DNA of 53,198 nucleotides from positions 1 to 53,198 of the forward strand of contig MVCR01000003.1 of NCBI GenBank assembly GCA_002050035.1. Reading direction: 5' to 3'. Shown here piece by piece: positions 1 through 8,117 of this stretch. This DNA comes from Planctomycetales bacterium 4484_113 (GTDB taxonomy: Bacteria; 4484-113). The position numbers and the translations under genes are program-made. Numbering within the stretch: position 1 is the first letter of the stretch; the number at the start of each line of letters is the position of its first letter. Below the pieces are notes generated by a model. The model worked only from the letters and a program-made list of their open reading frames with translations, made no database searches and was not told the origin of the DNA.

Positions 1-302
1 CCCCCCCAGTAGAATTCGTACAGATAGTGGAAGAGAAACGGCGAGACGACCATCAGTCCTATGGCGACGATGCTCGCCGTTAGCGCAAACGAGTAGGCGC
101 CTGCTGAATCCTGCCCCAGTGCGTAAGTTGCCAACGTGGCGAGCAATGTCGCCAGAAAACCGATAAACACCCAGGATGCACCTATGAGAGCCATGTCGAT
201 GAGCACGGCAAGGAGACGACGCCCAATACCCGCATAGGCGAATTCCAAGTAAGTTTGCTCGGGCGTCGGAATGCGGAACCGTTTGATGTCAAAGAGACCC
301 AC
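1..302 (-). CDS. RDD-family membrane protein, partial (the 3' end runs off the window start). Proposed GTG start at 302..300.
   Basis: Minus-strand frame reads MGLFDIKRFRIPTPEQTYLEFAYAGIGRRLLAVLIDMALIGASWVFIGFLATLL. This has the RDD signature (YAG.GRRLLA.LID) followed by TM helices. The ORF has no stop before position 1, so it is absent from the ORF track. Confidence 0.45.
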   Translation of the reverse strand, partial: MGLFDIKRFRIPTPEQTYLEFAYAGIGRRLLAVLIDMALIGASWVFIGFLATLLATLATYALGQDSAGAYSFALTASIVAIGLMVVSPFLFHYLYEFYWG

Positions 303-474
303 AGGCTTTTCCCCATAAGGATTCTAGCAGATGGTCATCATCTGGGGCGCAGGGCGAAAAACGGCACTGAAAAGACGTGCACAAACAGGCTCCGAAGCTT
401 GTTCTCTGGCCGGATGGTCGGCATCGGGGGTTGCGAATCCAGATGGATGCGATTGGATGCATTTGCCAATTATG

Positions 475-483
475 TGGTATGAT
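475..483 (+). promoter_or_regulatory. Extended -10 promoter TGgTATGAT. The predicted TSS sits at about 490, which would make the repressor gene leaderless.
   Basis: TGgTATGAT ends 7 nt before the GTG/ATG at 490/493. There is no Shine-Dalgarno sequence between it and the start. Confidence 0.4.
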
Positions 484-489
484 TGAACA

Positions 490-1320
490 GTGATGGTACA
501 AAAGAAATCGAGCAAGTCTGTTAGGCGTAAGCGTCGGGCCAAAGGTCCGGCAAAGACCGCGGAAAAGCCGTTCCTGGAGATCGGGAAACTCGTACGCAAC
601 CTGCGCATCAGCAAGGGCTACAGCCAGTTCGATCTGGCGGAGATTCTGGGAGTGAATAACAGCTACCTCTCGCGCATCGAGAATGGGGAGAGACGTCCCT
701 CGACGAAGATTATGCGCAAAATGAGTGAAGCTTTGGACTTCCCGTATGATGAACTTGTGGTGGCAAGTGGGTTGCTGAGCCCCGAGTTCCGTGAGCGGCA
801 GGCGCTGGGGCGTGACAGCGGTGTCCTTCGGGATATTAGGGAGATCCGCGCAGCTCTATCACGTCTGGTTCCTCCAATGACAACCTTGGGCACCGATTCT
901 GTCCGGGCGGGGCAGCGGAGGGCGATACCTCTCTTCGACCGGGTCCCTGCCGGTCTCCTCGATGAGGCGAATGTTGTGGAGGCTCACGACGATATCGAGA
1001 AGATCGTGCTGGCGGATGATGAGCTCAATTATGATCCAAAAGCTTTCGCGCTTGTTGTCAAGGGAGATTCCATGGTGGAAGCGGGGATTCTCGATGGCGA
1101 TGTGCTCATTGTTTCTCCAGCAACCGACGTTCATGATGGCGACATCGCGGTAGTGCAGGTGAACCGACGTGAGACCACCGTCAAGATTGTGTACTTCGAA
1201 GGAGACCGCCTGCTGTTGCAGCCTGCCAACAGTCGTTACAAGGCGATGCTTCTGAAGTACCCGGATGAAGTGGAGATTCTGGGTAAGGTCATTCTGGTGC
1301 GGCGCAAGTTCATCGCCTAG
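490..1320 (+). CDS. LexA-like autocleavable repressor: N-terminal XRE-family HTH plus C-terminal S24 peptidase domain.
   Basis: HTH region: LRISKGYSQFDLAEILGVNNSYLSRIENGERRPS (XRE/Cro-like). Ala-Gly cleavage-site context RVPAG|LLD. Ser nucleophile in VVKGDSM and Lys in TTVKIVYF. Basic N-terminal tail. Confidence 0.8.
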   Translation: MMVQKKSSKSVRRKRRAKGPAKTAEKPFLEIGKLVRNLRISKGYSQFDLAEILGVNNSYLSRIENGERRPSTKIMRKMSEALDFPYDELVVASGLLSPEFRERQALGRDSGVLRDIREIRAALSRLVPPMTTLGTDSVRAGQRRAIPLFDRVPAGLLDEANVVEAHDDIEKIVLADDELNYDPKAFALVVKGDSMVEAGILDGDVLIVSPATDVHDGDIAVVQVNRRETTVKIVYFEGDRLLLQPANSRYKAMLLKYPDEVEILGKVILVRRKFIA

Positions 1321-1405
1321 ATTCTCGTACGCTGGCTCACTCCAGCCCCTGGGCTGAGGGGAACCTCTTCCTGCGGTTGATCATCTAATATTGGGAGTCG
1401 GAGCA

Positions 1406-1675
1406 ATGGTGGAAGAAACTCAATTTGGAAGCGCTGACAGCCCGCAAGACGATTTCGTTAGCCGCGTGCGTGCTGCGCTCGAACAGGTGCGACCCTACCT
1501 GCAAATGGAAGGGGGCGATGTTGAGATGGTGGAGGTCGTGGGTCGCGACGTGAAGGTGCGACTGCTTGGCGCCTGCAGCGGCTGCCCCTTCTCGACCTAC
1601 ACGCTCAAGGTCGGCATTGAGCAGACCTTACGCAAGGAGATTCCTGAATTCGGGAACCTCATTGAAGTGAAGTGA
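1406..1675 (+). CDS. NifU-like (Nfu-type) Fe-S cluster assembly domain protein.
   Basis: CxxC motif GACSGCP and the stretch LEQVRPYLQMEGGDVEMVEV are typical of the Nfu/NifU C-terminal domain. The ORF-track TTG at 1391 is probably not the start. The ATG at 1406 has GGGAG 9 nt upstream. Confidence 0.7.
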   Translation: MVEETQFGSADSPQDDFVSRVRAALEQVRPYLQMEGGDVEMVEVVGRDVKVRLLGACSGCPFSTYTLKVGIEQTLRKEIPEFGNLIEVK

Positions 1676-1780
1676 CACCGTATAGGCAGCTTGGCCAGCG
1701 AGGGCTTCGACCACCCTTCTCGCGCCGCCCGAGTGTGCGCGGTGGTGAAGGCTCGCAGAGCGTGGCAGTTCGGTCGCCTT

Positions 1781-1786
1781 GTGTAT
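1781..1786 (+). promoter_or_regulatory. Possible -10 box TATAAT upstream of the Yip1/HlyD genes.
   Basis: Perfect TATAAT lies about 37 nt upstream of the ATG at 1823. The -35 element is weak (TGGCAG). Confidence 0.25.
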
Positions 1787-1822
1787 AATGTGAATCCATC
1801 ATCTTCGCGGGAGGGATAACCA

Positions 1823-2590
1823 ATGGATGAGAAGCAGGGAGCTTTGAGCGACAGTGGCGGTCCGCTGGCGCCGACTCCGTCTCGCTACAGCTTCGCAAGT
1901 CGTGTGCTGGACATTTTCATCGAGCCGAAGAAGGTGTTCGACTACCTCCGCGACCGCGGCGACTTCTGGCGCCCGTACATCTTCCACGCGGTGATTCTGA
2001 TGGTTGTGACTTGCTTGGCGCTTCCGGCGGTGAAGCAAGTCTCTTCAGAATATGCAGGTCTCATGGGCCGGAGCACTCCGCCAGAGGTTGGTCTGACCGA
2101 TTACTTGATGACGCCGGTGCAAGTCGCCGCGGGTCTGGCGATTAGTTTTGCTGTTCTTGGCTTCGTTATCTGGCTCGCAGTTCTCATCTCGTCAGGCAAA
2201 GCGCGCTATGGACAAGCGCTTTCGCTTGCCGCCTATACTTTCTTTCCCGTCCTCCTGGCGAAGGTGATTAATGGAATCACGCTGATGATTACCAGGCCCT
2301 CGCTGGGTGATCCATCGGTGATGATGGTTACCCAGGCACCCGTCATCAACTACACTAGCTTGGCACAATTGTTCGCTGGGCGGCCGATCCTGCAGACATC
2401 TCTCCTGCCCGTAGGTATCTTCACGCTTTGGGCGCTCTATCTTCTTGTTATCGGCTTGCGGCGTTCTGCAAATGTAAGCATGGTAGCGGCGTGGGTTACC
2501 GCGCTGAGCTTGCTGGTAGTTCAGGTCGGTCTGTATGCTCTGATGGCCTTCGGTATGGCCATGTCCCTCAAGGCCGTGGGAGCAGGATAA
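1823..2590 (+). CDS. Yip1-domain integral membrane protein (YknW-like).
   Basis: Five predicted TM helices. N-terminal motif DIFIEPKKVFDYLRDRGDFWRPYIFHAVILMVV is typical of bacterial Yip1-family proteins. A HlyD adaptor gene follows with a 3-nt gap. Confidence 0.55.
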   Translation: MDEKQGALSDSGGPLAPTPSRYSFASRVLDIFIEPKKVFDYLRDRGDFWRPYIFHAVILMVVTCLALPAVKQVSSEYAGLMGRSTPPEVGLTDYLMTPVQVAAGLAISFAVLGFVIWLAVLISSGKARYGQALSLAAYTFFPVLLAKVINGITLMITRPSLGDPSVMMVTQAPVINYTSLAQLFAGRPILQTSLLPVGIFTLWALYLLVIGLRRSANVSMVAAWVTALSLLVVQVGLYALMAFGMAMSLKAVGAG

Positions 2591-2593
2591 GAG

Positions 2594-3868
2594 ATGAAGC
2601 GTATTCTCCTTCTGGTGTTGGCCGTGGTCATTATCGCCGCCTTCGTGTTTTGGCGCGTGAGCGTTTCCCGTGAGGCGGGGGGTGACTCGAGCTCGAAAAC
2701 AAAGGGCTCCTCCGATTATGAGGAAGTCAAGTACGGCGATCTCACTCTGACTGTCGAAGGAACCGGCATTGTCGAGCCGCGGACTACAGCTAGGGTCAAG
2801 AGTGAGGCGACCGGTATCGTTGAGGAGCTCTATATAAAGGAAGGCGACGAAGTCGAGAAGGGAGACCTTATTGCCCGGCTTGACCAGGAGGATCAAAAGC
2901 TGAGGCTGCAGAAGGCAGTTCTGGCAGAGAAACAGGCGAAGCTTCGCTACGAGCGGGTGAAGCAGACCGACCTGCCGAAGCAGATTACGGTGGCGCAAGC
3001 ACGCGTGGATGAACTCAAGTTGTCGCTGACCAATGCAGAGGATAGACTGGGGCGTGTGAAGCAACTCGCCACCCGTGGCTACGCCTCCGACCAGGAAGTT
3101 GAAGACGCGCAGAAGGCAGTGGACTTGTTTAGGGTGCAGCTGGATGAGGCGGAGACTAGCCTTGAGCTTCTGAAGGGCACTGATTACGCTCAAACCATGG
3201 AGGCGGCTCGTCTCTCCTGGGAGCAGTCCAAGGTCGATCTGGCGCAGGCACGTAAGGCGCTTGGCGACGCGACGATAGTCTCGCCTATCGACGGTACGGT
3301 GTTGGCGAAGTATGTAGAGGAAGGCGATACGGTTATTTCCTCCAGTCAGGGCTTCACCGAAGGCACAACCATCTGTACCGTCGCCGACCTGCACGAGGTG
3401 CAGGTGCGGGGCTCCATCGACGAGGTTGATATCGGCACGGTGGAGGTGGGACAGAAGGCTGAACTGACAGTGGATCCCTATCCTGACCGAGTATATGAAG
3501 GAACCGTCACCAACATCTTTCCCCAGGGTGAGAAGCAGCCGGGGGGGCTCACCACCTTCACCGTGATGATATCGGTTGCGAATGAAGACCGCAGCCTGCT
3601 GGCGAATATGACAGCGGCAATCAAGATTAAGACCAAGACGATTGAGCATGTGCTGCTGGTGCCATTTGCCGCTATCCGACCTGGTGAGAAGGAGGGCGAG
3701 ATGGTAGTTTTCGTCCGGCAGGAACGCGGGATTCCCAAAAAGACCGTCGTTAAGCTAGGTGTTACCGACTACGAGAACTACGAAGTGCTTGAAGGTCTGC
3801 AAGAAGGCGACGAAGTGAAGATAAAGGACTTCCCGAGGGAAATCCGCGTTGAGGCGAGAGCCGGCTAG
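2594..3868 (+). CDS. HlyD-family efflux periplasmic adaptor / membrane fusion protein (YknX-like).
   Basis: N-terminal TM anchor, then biotinyl/lipoyl-like hairpin region GTGIVEPRTTARVKSEATGIVEELYIKEGDEVEKGDLIARLD. Long coiled-coil segment. C-terminal beta-barrel motif (TICTVADL..VQVRGSIDEVD). Confidence 0.8.
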   Translation: MKRILLLVLAVVIIAAFVFWRVSVSREAGGDSSSKTKGSSDYEEVKYGDLTLTVEGTGIVEPRTTARVKSEATGIVEELYIKEGDEVEKGDLIARLDQEDQKLRLQKAVLAEKQAKLRYERVKQTDLPKQITVAQARVDELKLSLTNAEDRLGRVKQLATRGYASDQEVEDAQKAVDLFRVQLDEAETSLELLKGTDYAQTMEAARLSWEQSKVDLAQARKALGDATIVSPIDGTVLAKYVEEGDTVISSSQGFTEGTTICTVADLHEVQVRGSIDEVDIGTVEVGQKAELTVDPYPDRVYEGTVTNIFPQGEKQPGGLTTFTVMISVANEDRSLLANMTAAIKIKTKTIEHVLLVPFAAIRPGEKEGEMVVFVRQERGIPKKTVVKLGVTDYENYEVLEGLQEGDEVKIKDFPREIRVEARAG

Positions 3869-3890
3869 CGGCTGACCTGCGAGGGGTTCC

Positions 3891-5114
3891 CTAAGGGCTG
3901 TTCATCGGTGCATAGGCAGCAGCTATAACTTCGCCCTGCATGACCGCATCGCCCAACTTCCTCTTGAGTATGACTCCCACCCACGGGTCGATGGTGTCAG
4001 TCATACGGTTGCGTCCTGCGCCGAGACGATGGCAAAGGCGACCGACGGAGAGTGCATCCAGCCTACGGACATGATCGTTGACGGGAGCCTTCACCTCTAC
4101 CCGTTGCGTCCGGTCTTCAATAGTCTCCCTCAGACGGCTGAATTCGGTAAGCCTGCCTCCTTGAGCTGAGACCATTTGCCTGAACTTCTCTTGGGCTGAG
4201 CCATCCCTCAGTGTGTTCGCGAGTTTCGCTTCGCCCTCACCACGGTTGCTCGTTTCGCCGGCGAAGTGCAGAAGTGCTCCTCCTAATAGCATGCTCAGCC
4301 GGGCGACCTCCGCTTCCGCGTCGCCGGTTTTCAGGATGTCGATGACTTCCTGGATTTCCAGGGCATTTCCCACAGTACGCCCGAGCGGTTGCTCCATACT
4401 TGTTATCGCCGCCATCACACTCGGCGGGAATTCGCGTGCTAGATTGACAATGAACTTGGCGAAGTGTCGCGCTTCGCTCTTGCGCTTGAAGAAGCCTCCC
4501 GAACCGTGCTTGACATCGATGATGACGTGGCTCGCACCCGCTGCAATCTTCTTGGATAGAATGCTGGCGGCGATAAGCCCCTGGCTTGCCACGGTTGCGG
4601 TCGCGTCCCTGAGCGCGTAGAGCTTCTTCTCAGCGGGGACCAGCTCTGGACTCTGACTGATGATGGCGCAGCCAATCTGGTCAAGCTGGGCGAGGAGCTC
4701 CTCGTGGGAAAGGTCACTGCGAAAGCCAGGGATGGATTCCAGCTTGTCTATGGTGCCGCCGGTGTGCCCGAGTCCGCGTCCGCTCATCTTCGGCACCCTG
4801 TAGCCGGCGGCAGCTAGCATCGGCACCAGAAGGATGCTCGTCTTGTCGCCAACGCCGCCCGTTGAGTGCTTGTCGAGGATGGGGGCGAAGTCCAGGGGAT
4901 ACGAAACGGTCTCGCCGCTTGCGACGATGGCCTCGGTGAGGGCGGCCGTCTCGGCGCGGCTCAGCCCTTGGAAGTAGATCGCCATGAGTAGCGCAGCCGC
5001 CTGGTAGTCGGGGATCTTTCCCATTGTGTAACCGCTGACGAACCGAGCGATTTCACTGGAGCTGATCTCTTCCCCGCGCTGCTTCTTCTCAATGAGGTCA
5101 GTGGTGGTGGGCAT
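3891..5114 (-). CDS. pdp: Pyrimidine-nucleoside (thymidine) phosphorylase.
   Basis: Signature motifs HSTGGVGDKTS and GRGLGHTGGTIDKLESIPG. Full-length glycosyltransferase-3-type fold, about 400 aa. Confidence 0.85.
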   Translation of the reverse strand: MPTTTDLIEKKQRGEEISSSEIARFVSGYTMGKIPDYQAAALLMAIYFQGLSRAETAALTEAIVASGETVSYPLDFAPILDKHSTGGVGDKTSILLVPMLAAAGYRVPKMSGRGLGHTGGTIDKLESIPGFRSDLSHEELLAQLDQIGCAIISQSPELVPAEKKLYALRDATATVASQGLIAASILSKKIAAGASHVIIDVKHGSGGFFKRKSEARHFAKFIVNLAREFPPSVMAAITSMEQPLGRTVGNALEIQEVIDILKTGDAEAEVARLSMLLGGALLHFAGETSNRGEGEAKLANTLRDGSAQEKFRQMVSAQGGRLTEFSRLRETIEDRTQRVEVKAPVNDHVRRLDALSVGRLCHRLGAGRNRMTDTIDPWVGVILKRKLGDAVMQGEVIAAAYAPMNSP

Positions 5115-5159
5115 CGTCCGCCTGGATATTGTAGCTGCTTCGCCGATGAGCTATGGAGT

Positions 5160-7973
5160 TTAATCCGCTTCCTCTGTTCCCTTGCTCTCCTCGTCGCGCA
5201 GGCGCAGCACCTTCTTCAGGAACCGCGCGGTATGGCTCATAGGATTCAGCGCCACTTCTTCAGGAGTCCCTTCCGCCACCAGCCGCCCGCCGGCATCCCC
5301 GCCCTCGGGTCCCAGGTCGATTATCCAATCGGCGCACTTGATGACGTCCAGATTGTGCTCGATGACGATGACGGTATTGCCGGCGTCGGCAAGCCTCGAA
5401 AGCACGTTGAGGAGCTTCTTGATGTCGTCGAAGTGCAAGCCGGTCGTGGGTTCATCCAGGAGATAGAGTGTCTTGCCGGTGCTGCGCTTGGTCAGCTCCT
5501 TCGCCAGTTTCACGCGCTGGCTCTCGCCGCCGGATAGGGTGGGTGCGGATTGACCCAGCTGAATGTAGTCCAGCCCCACATCGGACAGAGTCTGCAGAAT
5601 CCGCAGAATCGGGGGATGCTTGGCGAAATGCTCCATCGCCTCTTCGACCGTCATCTGCAGCACGTCGTAGATATTCTTGTCATTGTACCTGACCCTCAGA
5701 GTCTCGCGATTGAAGCGCCTGCCTCCACATTCCTCGCAGGTGATATGGACGTCGGGGAGGAACTGCAACTCGATTCGCTTGACTCCTTCGCCCTGACAGG
5801 CTTCGCAGCGTCCTCCCTTTACATTAAAGGAAAAGCGTCCCGGCTTGTAGCCGCGCACGCGGCTCTCGGGGAGCTGGGCGAATAACTCGCGGATAGGCGT
5901 CCAGACCCCGCTGTATGTTGCGGGATTCGAGCGCGGAGTTCGTCCGATAGGCTTCTGCGAGATCCGGATGACCTTATCCACATTCTCCAGCAGTCCGCGT
6001 ATCTCCTTGAACTGTCCCGTCTTGCGGATGGTGCCGTGAAGAAGATTCGCCGTCGCCTTGTAGAGCGTCTCATTGATGAGGCTTGATTTTCCAGAGCCGG
6101 AGACTCCGGTGATGGCCACGAACTTTCCCAGCGGGATGCGCACCGCAAGGTTCTTCAAGTTGTTGGTGGTGGCTCCCACAATGGTAATGAACTTGCCGTT
6201 TCCCTTGCGGCGTGAGCGTGGCACTTCGATCCGAAGTTCGCCACTCAGGTACTTGCCAGTCAGCGTCTTACCAGAGCGTGCCAGTTCCCCGGCGGTGCCC
6301 ACCTCGTCAATCCATCCGCCTTTGCGTCCTGCGCCGGGACCGAAGTCGAAGATGACATCCGCCGTCTCCATCGCCTCGCGGTCGTGCTCCACCACGATAA
6401 TGGTGTTGCCGAGGTCGCGGAGCTGAATCAGTGTATCTAGCAGGCGTCGGTTGTCTCTCTGATGCAGACCGATGGATGGTTCATCGAGTATGTAGATAAC
6501 GCCGGTGAGGCCGCTTCCGATTTGGCTCGCCAGGCGGATGCGCTGGCTCTCGCCGGCAGAGAGTGACGGGGCACTCCGGGAAAGCGTGAGATACCCTAGA
6601 CCGACATCTTGCATGAAGCGAAGACGTGCAACAACCTCACGCAGTAGGTCACGGGCGATTTCTCCGGCGGTGCCGGGCAGGTGCAGTTTCTCCAAGAAGC
6701 GTACGGAATCATCGACCGCCATGTCCGTGATCTCAGCAATGCTCTTCCCGCCGACCGTCACTGCCAACGATTGAGGTTTGAGACGTTTGCCGCCACAGGA
6801 GGGGCAGGGCTTGTTCGCGAAGAAATAGGCGTAGTAGCGCCGAGCACTCTCGCTTTCGGTCTGCCGATAGAGCCGCTTTATTGTGTTGGCGATCCCTTCT
6901 AGGGGGTTGTGATTGCCCTTGCCGAAGAGAATCGCCTCGCGTGCCCGAGCAGGCAAATCCTGCCACGGGGTTGAGAGTGAGTACCCCAGTTTCCTGAGTA
7001 TTCTCGACGCCTGGTTGCGGAAATAGCGCTCCTGGCAGAACCAGGGCTTGAGCGCCCCGTTGCTGATACTGAGCGATGGGTCAGGAACAAGCGCGTTCTC
7101 ATCCACTTCCAGACTCGTGCCGAGACCATCGCAGACTTCGCACATTCCATAGGGGCTGTTGAAACTGAACATCTGCGGTGTCAGGTCTTGGTAAGAAATC
7201 CCGCACTCGGTGCACGCGAGTTTCTCACTGAAGACTCGCTCGGCACCGCTATCAGCATCGAGGGTTATCACGGTGCCTCCGCTCTCCTTGAGCGCCATCT
7301 CCACGCTCTCCGTTAGTCGCTTGCGCTCGTCCCGACGGATCTTCAACCTATCCACCACAATTTCGATGTCGTGCTTTCGCTTCTTGTCGAGATGAATGCT
7401 CTCATCCAACGAAATGATGCGAGCGTTGACCCGCACTCGGGCGTATCCACTCGCTCTGGCAGCGTTGAAAACGTCGCGGTACTCTCCCTTGCGTCCCCGA
7501 ATGACGGGTGCTAGCAGGTAGATGCGCGTTCCTTGGGGATAACCAAGAATGCCGTCCACGATGTTGTCAACTGTCTGGCGCCCCACGACCTTACCGCACT
7601 TCACGCAGTGCTGAATCCCCACGCGAGCGTAGAGCACCCTCAGGAAGTCGTAGATCTCTGTAACTGTGCCTACGGTGGAGCGTGGATTATGCGAGGCTGA
7701 CTTCTGTTCAATCGCGATGGTAGGTGAAAGACCGGTAATCTGGTCAACATCGGCCTTCTCGAAATCCGTGAGGAACTGGCGGGCATATGAGGAAAGCGAT
7801 TCCAGATAGCGTCGCTGACCTTCGGCGTAGATGGTGTCAAGAGCCAAGCTGGACTTGCCCGAGCCGGAGACTCCGGTGAACACGACCAACTTATTGCGCG
7901 GAATCCGCACGTCGATGTTTTTGAGGTTGTGAACCCGCGCGCCCTGAACGAGTATAAACTTCTCCGCCATCAC
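5160..7973 (-). CDS. uvrA: Excinuclease ABC subunit A.
   Basis: Two ABC ATPase modules: [23 protein letters not shown] and [12 protein letters not shown]. Zn-finger motifs CxxC. 937 aa. The start is GTG 7973 or ATG 7970. Confidence 0.97.
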   Translation of the reverse strand: MMAEKFILVQGARVHNLKNIDVRIPRNKLVVFTGVSGSGKSSLALDTIYAEGQRRYLESLSSYARQFLTDFEKADVDQITGLSPTIAIEQKSASHNPRSTVGTVTEIYDFLRVLYARVGIQHCVKCGKVVGRQTVDNIVDGILGYPQGTRIYLLAPVIRGRKGEYRDVFNAARASGYARVRVNARIISLDESIHLDKKRKHDIEIVVDRLKIRRDERKRLTESVEMALKESGGTVITLDADSGAERVFSEKLACTECGISYQDLTPQMFSFNSPYGMCEVCDGLGTSLEVDENALVPDPSLSISNGALKPWFCQERYFRNQASRILRKLGYSLSTPWQDLPARAREAILFGKGNHNPLEGIANTIKRLYRQTESESARRYYAYFFANKPCPSCGGKRLKPQSLAVTVGGKSIAEITDMAVDDSVRFLEKLHLPGTAGEIARDLLREVVARLRFMQDVGLGYLTLSRSAPSLSAGESQRIRLASQIGSGLTGVIYILDEPSIGLHQRDNRRLLDTLIQLRDLGNTIIVVEHDREAMETADVIFDFGPGAGRKGGWIDEVGTAGELARSGKTLTGKYLSGELRIEVPRSRRKGNGKFITIVGATTNNLKNLAVRIPLGKFVAITGVSGSGKSSLINETLYKATANLLHGTIRKTGQFKEIRGLLENVDKVIRISQKPIGRTPRSNPATYSGVWTPIRELFAQLPESRVRGYKPGRFSFNVKGGRCEACQGEGVKRIELQFLPDVHITCEECGGRRFNRETLRVRYNDKNIYDVLQMTVEEAMEHFAKHPPILRILQTLSDVGLDYIQLGQSAPTLSGGESQRVKLAKELTKRSTGKTLYLLDEPTTGLHFDDIKKLLNVLSRLADAGNTVIVIEHNLDVIKCADWIIDLGPEGGDAGGRLVAEGTPEEVALNPMSHTARFLKKVLRLRDEESKGTEEAD

Positions 7974-7983
7974 CTAACGTTTG

Positions 7984-7992
7984 AGTATATCA
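7984..7992 (-). promoter_or_regulatory. Extended -10 promoter (TGaTATACT on the minus strand) for uvrA, giving a near-leaderless transcript.
   Basis: The reverse complement of 7984..7992 is TGATATACT. It ends about 10 nt before the uvrA GTG/ATG, with no SD in between. Confidence 0.35.
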
Positions 7993-8082
7993 CGCCTCGG
8001 AGCTTGCCTGAAAGCGTGGTCCGCTGGAACCATGAGGCCAGGCACGCCTGAATTGCTCTGGGCTGGAAACGTCCTGCCGGAT

Positions 8083-8111
8083 TTGCCATCCTTGCGTTTT
8101 CGGCGTAATAT
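8083..8111 (+). promoter_or_regulatory. Sigma70-like promoter TTGCCA-17-TAATAT giving a leaderless transcript for the YjbH-like gene.
   Basis: TTGCCA at 8083-8088, a 17-nt spacer, TAATAT at 8106-8111. The ATG at 8118 is 7 nt downstream, so TSS and start codon coincide. Confidence 0.4.
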
Positions 8112-8117
8112 TGTCGT

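Noticed and set aside
255-614. ORF-track entries 255..482(+), 289..501(-) and 324..614(-) in the divergent promoter region
   Set aside because: They overlap each other and the promoter or N-terminus of the repressor gene. They are Arg/Cys/Pro-rich with no motif, and are typical high-GC spurious frames.
3869-3890. Possible terminator hairpin between convergent hlyD and pdp
   Set aside because: Only a CCCTAAGGG pseudo-palindrome with a 1-nt loop, which is sterically implausible, and no U-tract.
5182-7395. Multiple 60-117 aa ORFs on both strands inside uvrA
   Set aside because: Antisense or out-of-frame to a very high-confidence uvrA reading frame. They are low-complexity Arg/Ser/Pro-rich translations.
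8081-8088. Shared 8-mer ATTTGCCA upstream of both the LexA-like gene and uvrA/yjbH as a possible SOS box
   Set aside because: It is a single non-palindromic copy. It is better explained as the TTGCCA -35 hexamer. A chance 8-mer match between two ~170-bp regions is expected at about once.
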